Assembly: GCA_963677595.1 (NCBI GenBank)
Contig: OY782041.1
Coordinates: 1,856,001 to 1,920,000 of the forward strand
Direction: 5' to 3'
Source of the DNA: Spirochaetia bacterium
Lineage (GTDB): Bacteria > Spirochaetota > Spirochaetia > CAKZLE01
Length of the DNA: 64,000 nucleotides
Shown here: one piece after another, positions 28,648 to 37,675 of the stretch
How positions within the stretch are numbered: position 1 is the first letter of the stretch
How the letters are laid out: every line of letters begins with the position of its first letter
The notes under the pieces: generated by a model
The model's database searches: none
What the model was told of the DNA's origin: nothing
The model's input: only the letters and a program-made list of their open reading frames with translations
Program-made: the position numbers and the translations under genes

Positions 28648-29814
28648 ATGATACGAAGGCAATTATCGCAAGAGATACAGGTCCTTGCGACAGAGTTCCC
28701 CGTGGTTGCGATCCTTGGTCCGAGGCAGTCTGGCAAGACGACCCTGGCAAAGGCGCTCTTCCCGTCATACCGGTATGTCTCCCTGGAGGATTACGACATG
28801 AGGGGGTTTGCTGAAGAGGATCCCAGGGGGTTCCTTGAGCGGTATGACGGTCAGTGCATCCTCGATGAGATCCAGAGAGTCCCGCAGCTGATGAGCTATC
28901 TCCAGAGCCATGTCGACCTGAGGAACGCTCCCGGTGATTATATCATCACCGGTTCCCATAACTTCTTCCTTATGGAGCAGATCAGCCAGTCACTGGCTGG
29001 GCGTGTGGGGATCACCAGGCTGCTGCCTTTCTCCCTGGAAGAACTGCGTATGTATGAATATACACCTGAACAGTTCCTCTATAGAGGGTTCTACCCGAGG
29101 ATCTATGATAAAGGCATCAGGCCGGCTTCCTTCTACCGGAGCTACCTGGAGACCTATATCGAGAAGGACGTCAGGCAGCTGAAGCAGATCACGAAACTCG
29201 GCGAATTCAGGAAGTTCCTTGGGCTCCTGGCAGGCAGGGCCGGGCAGGAGCTCAACCTCCTGGCTGTCTCTGATGAGTGCGGAGTCACACAGACGACCCT
29301 GTCCGATTGGCTCACCGTGCTGGAAGCCAGCTTCCTCATATTTAGGCTCAGGCCGTTCCATAAGAACTATAATAAACGGCTGGTCAAGCGGCCGAAGATC
29401 TACTTCTATGATACCGGGCTGCTCTGCCACCTCCTTGGCATCAGGAAAGAAGAAGAGCTCGATACTCACTTCCTCCGGGGCAGTATCTTTGAGAACCTCA
29501 TCATCGGTGAGTTCATGAAGCAGCGGTGCAACCATGCGGAAGCCTTCGATCTCTATTACTGGCGAGACAACCACAAGAAGGAGATAGACCTGATCGTCCA
29601 GGCCGGGCAACTCTCTTTGGCAGTCGAGATCAAATCGGGTAAGACCTTCCATCCGAGATTCTTCGGGGGGCTTCGGTATTGGGAGAAGTTGACTGATGCC
29701 GACCCCGGTGATATGTACCTTCTCTACGGAGGGGATTCGTCATATACCAGGGAAGGCATCCATGTCTGCTCCTGGAAGGATATCCCCGAAACGATCATCA
29801 CACGAGTACTCTGA
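28648..29814 (+). CDS. COG1373 AAA+ ATPase (AAA_14 + DUF4143)
   Basis: GPRQSGKT, LDEIQR, ITGS, SLAGR, PKIYFYDTG, GSIFEN, YYWRD, EIDL, VEIKS. Confidence 0.92.
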   Translation: MIRRQLSQEIQVLATEFPVVAILGPRQSGKTTLAKALFPSYRYVSLEDYDMRGFAEEDPRGFLERYDGQCILDEIQRVPQLMSYLQSHVDLRNAPGDYIITGSHNFFLMEQISQSLAGRVGITRLLPFSLEELRMYEYTPEQFLYRGFYPRIYDKGIRPASFYRSYLETYIEKDVRQLKQITKLGEFRKFLGLLAGRAGQELNLLAVSDECGVTQTTLSDWLTVLEASFLIFRLRPFHKNYNKRLVKRPKIYFYDTGLLCHLLGIRKEEELDTHFLRGSIFENLIIGEFMKQRCNHAEAFDLYYWRDNHKKEIDLIVQAGQLSLAVEIKSGKTFHPRFFGGLRYWEKLTDADPGDMYLLYGGDSSYTREGIHVCSWKDIPETIITRVL

Positions 29815-29818
29815 CGAA

Positions 29819-32137
29819 TTACTCCATCAGCGGGCTCTTCTTCCGGTACCACTTGAGGACATAAAAGAGCAGCAGCACCTCAAGGTCGGTGCAGACCTGC
29901 TCCTTGTCCTTCAGCCACCTCATGGTGACATAGCCGGCGTAGAGGTTGGGCGCTACCCCGTAGAGCTCATCCAGTTCAGCGGAACTCAGGTTATCGGTAT
30001 CCCCGATGACCTTGATATGGCGGTAGATCAGCTGCAGGAGGATGGTGCGCAGGGTCTCGAAAGCTTCCTGGTACTCCTCTGCCTCAAACGAGCTGATCGC
30101 TGCGGGTATCGAGAACTTGATGATATGGTCGATGATGCCCCGATTTCCCTTGGGGAGCTGCCTCATGTTCCTGTAGACATGCTTGAACAGCCGCTGGGTT
30201 GCCTCTTCACGAGCAATCTCGGTACCGGTAACATACTGGTAGAACTCCCCGGGTTTGCCGAGGATGTTCGCGATCGAGATCGCGAGCTGCTTGTGCATGA
30301 CGGGGTTATGTGTCTGGGTATAGAGGGTCAGCGTCTCTTGGAGCACCGAGATGCGCTCCTGTCGCTCTGACAACCCTGCCGCGCTCGTGATCTTGATCTT
30401 CAGGGAGTAGTCCCCCTCGATCAGCCCGAGCAGCGCCTCGGACGATGTGGAGGAATCGATCTTCCCCAAGGCACGTGCCGCGATCTCTACAAGGGTATTG
30501 TCGTCACTGCCTAGTGCTTCCACCAGAGCCGGGACAGCCTCCTTCCACCGCATCTTCCCCAACGCCCTGGCGCACTCCCCGCGCACGAGGGAATCCTTGT
30601 TGTGGAGGGTCTCGATCAGGATCTCAGCAGCTTCCCAGCTGCCGATCCTGCCCAGAGCACGTACTGCCTCCTCGCGTACATCAGCATCGGCATCCTCGAG
30701 CCGCATGGCGATCTCCTCGATGACGATCGTGCTCCTGCTGTCCTTGACTGACTGCAGGGTCCTCTCGACCTTGTTCCTGTCGGAGGACTTCCCGAGGATG
30801 GGCATACTCAGGTAGGAGCGCACGACACTCGGGGAGGTCGCCGTGGTGAGCATGGCCGAGAACTTCGTATGTTTCCAGGTCTTGACCGTGTCGAAGACCA
30901 GCATGGCAACTGCCATGACCCCGATGCTCCCGATGACCAGTACTGTCATGGACCCGGTAAGATCCAGCAGCAGTCCCCCGATGATCGACCCGATGGCGGA
31001 GATGAGGCCGAGCAGGGCCCAGAACCAGCCGATGAAGGTCGTCCGGTCCTTGATCGGCAGCAGGGACATCATCGTCTGGCTCAAGCCCTCGTAGAGTGCC
31101 GGGGAGACCAGGCCCCCCAGGACCGAGATGACCGGCAGCAGGAAGTGGTAGTTGTCAGGGGTGAGGAAGAGGTAGCCGATGAAGGTCAGGGGGAAGAGCA
31201 TCCCGACCATAGTGACCGACTTGGTCCCGAAGCGGTCCATGAGCGTTCCCCAGAAGGGGATGACCACGACCCACATGAGCTGTGAGATCGCGTACATGAT
31301 TCCGATCCAGATCACCGGTGCCCCGATCTGGTCGGGAGCTGTGATCATGGGAACGAAGAAGGTGTTCGCTATGTTCACGGCAAGCAGCGATACCCCGGCG
31401 ATCATGCTGAAGGTCCGGAAGTTCTTGTTCCTCACCGGGGCGAAGAACCGCTGGGTCAGCTTCCCCGTGGCCGGGGTAAGGGTCCCTGCAGCCTCAGGCA
31501 CGGGTATGTGGAGAATGACCTCCAGCAGGCCGAAGACGCCGGCAGCGGTGTAGATGATCCCGAACACCATGAGGGACGCTGAGGAGAAGAAGTCCAGGGC
31601 TAATGTCGTGGAGAAGAAGGCTATGACATTGAGGACCTGGGAGAGGGCCGAACGCTTGCCGAAATAGGTGGAACGAATCTGTGACGGTACGATCCCGTTG
31701 ATCCATGCCCACCAGCCGGAAGAACCGCAGTTGCTGACGATGAAGGTGGCTGTGGAGCTTACCATGACGATCATGAGGGTCAACCGGTGGGATCCTCCGG
31801 AAGCGGCATAGAAGAGGGCTGCGCCGATTACGAACGACAGGGAACGGTTGATCGCACCGAAGGTCAGCCAGGTGGGCTTCACCCGGGAAGCTTTCGAGTA
31901 GATGATCACCGATACCAGGTGGAAGATGCTCACGGCATTGAGGAGCCCGACGAAGATACCGAGCTGGGTCGAGGTAGCACCAAGCGTGTTCTTGACAAGC
32001 AGGGTAAGGATCTGCTGTGGGGCATTGATGATGAACCAGATGCTGCAGGTCGCCCCCCCGATCATGCTCAAGAACAGTGACCGGTTCTGTCTCTTCCTGG
32101 TGATGACTTTCCCAGATGTATCGTACAATCTACTCAT
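29819..32137 (-). CDS. MFS transporter fused to C-terminal HEAT repeats
   Basis: About 12 TM helices in the first ~420 aa (WGTLMDRFG-x-K MFS loop), then repeats VREEAVRALGRIG, VRGECARALGKMR, AARALGKI. Confidence 0.85.
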   Translation of the reverse strand: MSRLYDTSGKVITRKRQNRSLFLSMIGGATCSIWFIINAPQQILTLLVKNTLGATSTQLGIFVGLLNAVSIFHLVSVIIYSKASRVKPTWLTFGAINRSLSFVIGAALFYAASGGSHRLTLMIVMVSSTATFIVSNCGSSGWWAWINGIVPSQIRSTYFGKRSALSQVLNVIAFFSTTLALDFFSSASLMVFGIIYTAAGVFGLLEVILHIPVPEAAGTLTPATGKLTQRFFAPVRNKNFRTFSMIAGVSLLAVNIANTFFVPMITAPDQIGAPVIWIGIMYAISQLMWVVVIPFWGTLMDRFGTKSVTMVGMLFPLTFIGYLFLTPDNYHFLLPVISVLGGLVSPALYEGLSQTMMSLLPIKDRTTFIGWFWALLGLISAIGSIIGGLLLDLTGSMTVLVIGSIGVMAVAMLVFDTVKTWKHTKFSAMLTTATSPSVVRSYLSMPILGKSSDRNKVERTLQSVKDSRSTIVIEEIAMRLEDADADVREEAVRALGRIGSWEAAEILIETLHNKDSLVRGECARALGKMRWKEAVPALVEALGSDDNTLVEIAARALGKIDSSTSSEALLGLIEGDYSLKIKITSAAGLSERQERISVLQETLTLYTQTHNPVMHKQLAISIANILGKPGEFYQYVTGTEIAREEATQRLFKHVYRNMRQLPKGNRGIIDHIIKFSIPAAISSFEAEEYQEAFETLRTILLQLIYRHIKVIGDTDNLSSAELDELYGVAPNLYAGYVTMRWLKDKEQVCTDLEVLLLFYVLKWYRKKSPLME

Positions 32138-32240
32138 ATCGAAACCCTCAGAACTCCACAGGAGTGAATGCCTGCCATTATGCAGAAGATTCTTCTTTTG
32201 ACAATACCATATGAGGAGAATATAGCAACTGTTTTTACCT

Positions 32241-32873
32241 TTACCGTATGAAGTTGGTAAGCTGCTTCCTTACCTTAGGATTCTCCTCCATGATCTCCTT
32301 GGTCCCTTCCCGCTGTCTGAGGAGCATGGCCATGTTCTTCCCAAGGACCTCCATGATCTGGACTCCCTCCGGGTCATGGACGGCATCACCGGGCCGTGTC
32401 CCGTGGATCACGTTCCAGTAGTTGGAGCCCGGCAGCAGCATCTCCGAGTAGGTGAGGTAGTTGTTGAGCTGGGTGAAGACGGGGAGGCCCCCGGATCTGC
32501 GTACTGCGACCACTGCGGCCCCGACTTTATGCCGGAACAAGCTACCGTTGACCCCGGCTACATAGAATGCCCGGTCAAGGAAGGACTTCATGGTCCCTGC
32601 TATCGCGGAGAAGTAGGTGGGGGAGCCGAGGAGGATCCCGTCGGACTCCTTCATCTTCTGGATCCAGCCGTTCACCTCATCATTGATGGTGCATCGCTCA
32701 TCGCGGTTCTTCGCACAGGTACCGCAGGCAAGGCACCCCCGTATAAGCTTGTTCCCGACCTGGATGATCTCCACCTCGATCCCTGCTGCTTCCAGCTGGT
32801 CAGCGACAAGGCGTAACGCCGTGTAGGTGTTCCCTTCCGGCCTTGGACTCCCGTTGAATGCGGTAACCTTCAT
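32241..32873 (-). CDS. Iron-sulfur flavoprotein / flavodoxin family (NADPH-dependent FMN reductase-like)
   Basis: NGSPR-x2-GNT; CLACGTC-x7-C cluster motif; GSPTYF; RRSGG. Confidence 0.9.
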   Translation of the reverse strand: MKVTAFNGSPRPEGNTYTALRLVADQLEAAGIEVEIIQVGNKLIRGCLACGTCAKNRDERCTINDEVNGWIQKMKESDGILLGSPTYFSAIAGTMKSFLDRAFYVAGVNGSLFRHKVGAAVVAVRRSGGLPVFTQLNNYLTYSEMLLPGSNYWNVIHGTRPGDAVHDPEGVQIMEVLGKNMAMLLRQREGTKEIMEENPKVRKQLTNFIR

Positions 32874-32954
32874 GATCGTACTCCTGGATTGAACGTTTGT
32901 TACTGAATGTATGCCCTATCCTATATGAGAAACGGCATATGGTGAAGCGGTGTG

Positions 32955-34133
32955 TCAGAACAAGTCCTTCATATCGGTGAAGGGGATCACCTCATACTCA
33001 CCAAGTCTTGTTCGTATCTGCCCGGCATAGATGAGCCCGCCCCTGCTGCTGACTGAGCGGTGTTTACTGATCTCCTGGCTGAACTTCTTGAGGTTGGAGA
33101 ACTGGTCAGCGTGATACCGGTCGGAACTCTTGATCTCGTAGGGGGTAAGGCACCTGTTCTCCTCGAAGAGCAGGTCGACCTCAACGCCATGCTTGGTCCT
33201 GTAGAAGGAGAGATTCTGCGGCAAGGCCTTATTGTTACGCTGCTTCATGGCTTCCATCACACAGAAATTCTCGAATATTGCCCCGCGTAAAGGGTCCCTC
33301 AGCATCTGTTGTTCCGTGGAGATGTCAAGCAGGGTAGTTACCACTCCAGTATCGCAGAAATAGACCTTTGGCGTCTTTACCAGCGAGCCGGTCCTCCCGG
33401 GAGACCACGGGTTCAGCAGCTGTATGATATGGGACGCTTCGAGGATGGATAGCCACCTGTTGACCGTCTCCCGGGAGATCCCGAGATCGTTTGAGACGGA
33501 AGACACATTCAGGAGGTTCCCGACCCTCCCTGCAAGGAGCTTCAGGAACAGGTAGAACAGCCGTTCGTCCTTGATCGCCGTGATCTGCTTGACATCCTTC
33601 TGGATATAGGTGCTGATATAGTTCTGGTAATAGTGATACGGGGAGGCCAGGTCCTCAGCATAGAGCTTTGGATAACATCCCTTCAACAGGATGGCATCCC
33701 TGTTCGCCGGGAAAGCACCTGATGCTTTCATCTCCCCGATCGACAGCGGCAGCAGATGGAACAGGGCTGTACGCCCTGCCAGGGATTGGGAGATGTGCCC
33801 TTTGCTTTGAATCTCCTGGCTCCCGGTTATGATGAACTGTTTTGCTTTCTGCCCTGATTCATCGGTCAGTACCTGTATGGTGCGGAGCAGTTCAGGTACC
33901 CGCTGGATCTCATCGATGACCACAGGCGGGGGATAGCCCCGGAAGAACTCATCTGCAGAATCGATTGCCAGCTGGTAGGCGTGTGCATGCTCAAGGTTCA
34001 CATAGGTATGATCAGGGTACAGATGCTGAACCAGGGACGTCTTCCCTGATTGCCTTGGCCCGATGATGGTAAGGACCGGGTAGTCACCTTCTAAGAACCT
34101 GATCGCGGATTCTATGTCCCGATTGATATACAT
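32955..34133 (-). CDS. COG1373 AAA+ ATPase (AAA_14 + DUF4143)
   Basis: GPRQSGKT, IDEIQR, ITGS, SLAGR, PKVYFCDTG, GAIFEN, FYRT, EVDL, YEIKS; GGAGG RBS. Confidence 0.92.
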   Translation of the reverse strand: MYINRDIESAIRFLEGDYPVLTIIGPRQSGKTSLVQHLYPDHTYVNLEHAHAYQLAIDSADEFFRGYPPPVVIDEIQRVPELLRTIQVLTDESGQKAKQFIITGSQEIQSKGHISQSLAGRTALFHLLPLSIGEMKASGAFPANRDAILLKGCYPKLYAEDLASPYHYYQNYISTYIQKDVKQITAIKDERLFYLFLKLLAGRVGNLLNVSSVSNDLGISRETVNRWLSILEASHIIQLLNPWSPGRTGSLVKTPKVYFCDTGVVTTLLDISTEQQMLRDPLRGAIFENFCVMEAMKQRNNKALPQNLSFYRTKHGVEVDLLFEENRCLTPYEIKSSDRYHADQFSNLKKFSQEISKHRSVSSRGGLIYAGQIRTRLGEYEVIPFTDMKDLF

Positions 34134-34149
34134 GACTGTCCTCCATGTA

Positions 34150-34201
34150 TATAGTACTGAAAAAGTCGGGAGATTGCAATATTGATGTTGCAATCTCCCG
34201 C
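34150..34201 (-). promoter_or_regulatory. 13-bp inverted repeat overlapping the ATPase promoter (may also terminate the upstream gene)
   Basis: CGGGAGATTGCAA-N8-TTGCAATCTCCCG; minus strand TTGCAA-N17-TACTAT; short T-run after the stem. Confidence 0.65.
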
Positions 34202-34244
34202 ATATCGTAATCATGGGATCATCAGAAGGGGGAACTGATTGATC

Positions 34245-35579
34245 CTAGAGGGATGCTCCGTTCACATAGAGGGTGAACCCGTTCTCATCGACACTCCCTG
34301 CCCCATCGAGCGAGGTGATATAGGAATCCCCGGTCAAGACCCAGGTACTGGACCCGTCGATGGATACTGCCACACTACCAGCCTGGCCATCTGCATTGAT
34401 CGCCCCGGTGTAGGTCGTCCCATCCTCCAGTGCCAGCTCGAGGGTGGAGATCTCATCCACAATGATCTCCCCGCTAAGCTCCTGGCTTGCTGCCGTGAAG
34501 GTGACATCCCCGCCGTTGGCACCGGCTGTGCCCCAGCCCCGTGCACTCTCATTGCCGACTGCCTTGAGGAGCACTTCGTTGCTGAGTGAGAGGTCTACAT
34601 CCGTAAGCTCGATCGTGCAGGCGGTATTCGTCACATAGATCATGTCCCCGCTGTTGGAGACCAGGCTGCCGCCGGTCATGGTGAAGATGCTCATCCCTTC
34701 GTCGGCATCACCTGACATGCTCTGGTAGATCATGACGTTCTGCACGTTCTCATCTGACTGGCCGCTCATTGTCCCTTCCACATCACAATCCTCGAGGATG
34801 ATCGAGTTCTTCCCTTCGATGACCAGGGCCTCAGACCCGGTCGCTGTCAGGGTCGCATTGCTGACGGTGATCTCCGCGGTACTGTAGACTGCAGGAGAGC
34901 CCTCGCCATGGCTTATGTACTCACCGCCGTCGACGGTCAGGATGCCGCCGCCTCGATCCGTCCTGAGGGCTGCTGAATGGTCCCCGTCGGTCTCGACCGA
35001 TGAGTCTGTCACATACATGGTACCGCCGCCTGCCACCATGACGCCGCCGGAGGAGTTCGCGGTAGTGGTGATATCTGTACCGTTCACATAGACAGTAGAG
35101 TCCCCGTAGGAGAAGATCCCGTTTGAGCCCTCGGAAGTCGTGGTCACGACCGCGTTCTCCAGGGTCACTTCTGCACTATCCATGGCAAGGAGCCCTGCAT
35201 TGAGCCCGTAGAAGTTGCTGTCATCGCCGCTCTCCCCGGCATCCCCCGATTTCGTGATCACAATATCGGAGAGGGTCACGACTGAATCACCCTCGACGCG
35301 GACGGCATTCTCATCTGAGGAGGTGCTGGTGTATTCCACCCCTGCCGCATCTTCGGTGACGAGGTTCGCGTAATCCCCGTGATTGATCTCTCCTCCGCCG
35401 CCCCCGGGAGGGGGAGCCGGCATCGATGAGTCCAGCGTCTCCGTGGTGACGGCAGTCTCACCCTCCGTGATACTGTCGGTAGCCGTTCCTGAGGTGGTGC
35501 TGGTACAGGCAGTGACTGCCAGCAGCAGCATCCCGGTAAGCAGGATCGCAAGGACCCTCTGTATGATCTTCTGTTTCAT
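34245..35579 (-). CDS. Acidic surface lipoprotein, predicted beta-helix (autotransporter-passenger-like)
   Basis: Lipobox LAVTA-C; T/P/G-rich linker; repeated beta-coil motifs; C-terminal STWVLTGDSYITSL. Confidence 0.75.
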   Translation of the reverse strand: MKQKIIQRVLAILLTGMLLLAVTACTSTTSGTATDSITEGETAVTTETLDSSMPAPPPGGGGGEINHGDYANLVTEDAAGVEYTSTSSDENAVRVEGDSVVTLSDIVITKSGDAGESGDDSNFYGLNAGLLAMDSAEVTLENAVVTTTSEGSNGIFSYGDSTVYVNGTDITTTANSSGGVMVAGGGTMYVTDSSVETDGDHSAALRTDRGGGILTVDGGEYISHGEGSPAVYSTAEITVSNATLTATGSEALVIEGKNSIILEDCDVEGTMSGQSDENVQNVMIYQSMSGDADEGMSIFTMTGGSLVSNSGDMIYVTNTACTIELTDVDLSLSNEVLLKAVGNESARGWGTAGANGGDVTFTAASQELSGEIIVDEISTLELALEDGTTYTGAINADGQAGSVAVSIDGSSTWVLTGDSYITSLDGAGSVDENGFTLYVNGASL

Positions 35580-35629
35580 GGTTTTCCTCCAATCTCGTTC
35601 ATCTGATATACACATCATGGACCATGCAG

Positions 35630-35646
35630 CTTAACCGAACCTTAAA
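35630..35646 (-). promoter_or_regulatory. Putative response-regulator box 1
   Basis: TTTAAGGTTCGGTTAAG on the minus strand, 10 bp upstream of CATGAT (-10-like). Confidence 0.7.
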
Positions 35647-35680
35647 TCAAAGAAGAATATAAGAACTTTTTCTCTTCCGG

Positions 35681-35810
35681 ATGCAGCACGGGGGAGCATC
35701 CCTGCTCCCCCGTATGATCATGATCGGTCTATCCCTAGGTCTGGGACCTGAAGTCCCTTCCTCCGGGGCCCATGCCACCGCTGAACCCGCTTAATGCTGT
35801 GGTTACCCCC
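35681..35810. repeat. Direct repeat B1 (~130 bp): orphan 3' end plus hairpin of the 40116 gene
   Basis: Aligns ungapped to 40062-40191; minus strand reads GVTTALSGFSGGMGPGGRDFRSQT*. Confidence 0.95.
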
Positions 35811-35981
35811 GAACATGGAGAGTCTATGGAAATCCAAGACTAAAGCTTCTTGAGTCCTGCATTGCACCAATATGATTACTACATGTAAGATATTTCCGAA
35901 ATGAGGTCGAAATACTATTTGAAGCTATGTAGACCCAGATTGTGATTACCAAGATTGTTTTTAAGAATCCGGATTTCGACG

Positions 35982-36010
35982 TTGACTTAAATCAACAACA
36001 CAAGTATGAT
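35982..36010 (+). promoter_or_regulatory. Sigma70 promoter of the Abi gene
   Basis: TTGACT-N17-TATGAT. Confidence 0.75.
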
Positions 36011-36016
36011 TTAGTT

Positions 36017-36062
36017 AAGGGATTGAGCTCCGGTAACCTACGGGTCCGGGGCCAAATTTTTT
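36017..36062 (+). ncRNA. Putative structured leader RNA of the Abi gene (abiF-motif-like)
   Basis: GCTCCGG/CCGGGGC outer stem and ACC-TACG-GGT inner stem (cUNCGg loop), followed by a T-run; a GC-rich island within AT-rich DNA. Confidence 0.5.
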
Positions 36063-36724
36063 ATGGGGAGCAACCTGGTGCCAGGGAAGATCTTCACTAC
36101 ACATGCTGAACAGGTTCAAATACTGACCAGCCGAGGTTTAGCCATCTCGGATCATCAAAAAGCTATTCAGATTTTATCACATGAAAATTACTATCGACTC
36201 ATAAATGGGTATAAAGATTTATTCTTAGAAGCAACTAGTCAAACAGAAACATACAAAAGCGGGTCTTCATTAACTGAAATATATGCGCTCTATCGATTCG
36301 ATGAAGAATTAAGAATACAGTTCCTTAGGGCGTTCCTCATCATCGAAAATCAATTGAAGGCTCATATTGCCTATGAATTTGCCAAAGTGCTAGCCGCGTG
36401 TGCTTACTTGGATGCTACAAATTATAATTATATTCCCCAATATCAAAATGATATAAACAAACTCATCAATAAGATTCAAATAACTATACGAGATAAAACC
36501 TCTTTTGATAGACGGTTACAGCATTACCAGAATAATCATCATGGAGCCATTCCTCTATGGGTGATAATAAACCTGCTGACGTTTGGGAACGTGAGTCGTT
36601 TCTATAAATACATGCAACCAAGAGAGCAAAATGAAGTTGCTCGACAATTTGGATTGAGACGTGAGCATCAAACCGCATACACAGTATGCAGGGAGTTGAG
36701 AATCCTCTAACGTAACAGCGGAGG

Positions 36725-37087
36725 ATGAATATGAGACGAATAGAACCATACACGACCGCGGAGCGAGAACAGATTATCGAAGATTATCTGCAATCCGGAC
36801 TCACGGTATTCACCTACTGCAAAAGGCCGGAGGTTACCGTGACAATAACAACGCTCAAGCGTTGGATGAAAGCCCTCAACCGAGATGAGGCACATGAGGT
36901 GGCCGAGCATGGCATAGTTTGTTACCACATTGAAGGAACACAGCCAGATGAGCAGTGTCAACGGTTATCGCTTGAAGAGATGGTCCGGTTTCACCAACAG
37001 GTATATGCATGCTGCTGCACTCTGCAGGCGTTGGCCTGCACACGTGAGAATGTTACGAAAGTAACGTATCTTATGGGGGTCCTGTAA
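36725..37087 (+). CDS. tnpA: IS66 accessory protein TnpA-like (HTH)
   Basis: SGLTV-x2-YC...TLKRW motif; first ORF inside the IRs. Confidence 0.75.
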   Translation: MNMRRIEPYTTAEREQIIEDYLQSGLTVFTYCKRPEVTVTITTLKRWMKALNRDEAHEVAEHGIVCYHIEGTQPDEQCQRLSLEEMVRFHQQVYACCCTLQALACTRENVTKVTYLMGVL

Positions 37088-37455
37088 TGGTGCCATTCGA
37101 CACATCACTGGAAGGAAAGAAGATCTTTCTACGGGTAGGCTCTACCGACTTTCGTCGGGGTGTGCGGGGCATGATCTCCCTGGTGCTGGGGGCAATGGAC
37201 CTGCCTCTGGATGAACAGTCGATCTTTGTATTCTGTTCAACGAGCAGGAAGCAGATCCGGATCGTATACAGTGAAGGAGCCGGGTGCTGGATGTGTACGA
37301 GGGTTATCCGGTATGGGCGGTACCCCTGGCCGAAAGACCGGAATGCAGCAGCCGCAATAACTGCGGATGAGCTCCGCCGACTCATAAGCGATCCAGTCTC
37401 CCTTGATCAGCTGCAGGCACGGAACCAGGTGACCAGGATAGCCCTGCATCTGTGA
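37087..37455 (+). CDS. tnpB: IS66 accessory protein TnpB
   Basis: TDFRRG-x2-G, IFVF, IRIVY-x-EG-x-G-x-W, WP motifs. Confidence 0.88.
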   Translation: MVPFDTSLEGKKIFLRVGSTDFRRGVRGMISLVLGAMDLPLDEQSIFVFCSTSRKQIRIVYSEGAGCWMCTRVIRYGRYPWPKDRNAAAAITADELRRLISDPVSLDQLQARNQVTRIALHL

Positions 37456-37675
37456 CAGGAAAAAAGAACACAAAATTTTGGACGCTTCTGAACGCCTGTG
37501 GTACGAAGAAACGAGAGGGTATACACGTCTGGGATCAGCTGGGGCAAAAACAGGGCGCACCAGGGGTTCCTGCAAGGCAGACCTCTGACATTGTCCGTGT
37601 TGCAGACCTATGCAACTAGTTGCAATATAATCAATTAGGTTGTTCTTTCTGTGCAATTATGGTATGCTTGTCAGC

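Noticed and set aside
37087-37455. TnpB as an RNA-guided nuclease
   Set aside because: This is the 122-aa IS66 accessory TnpB, unrelated to IS200/IS605 TnpB; no RuvC motifs.
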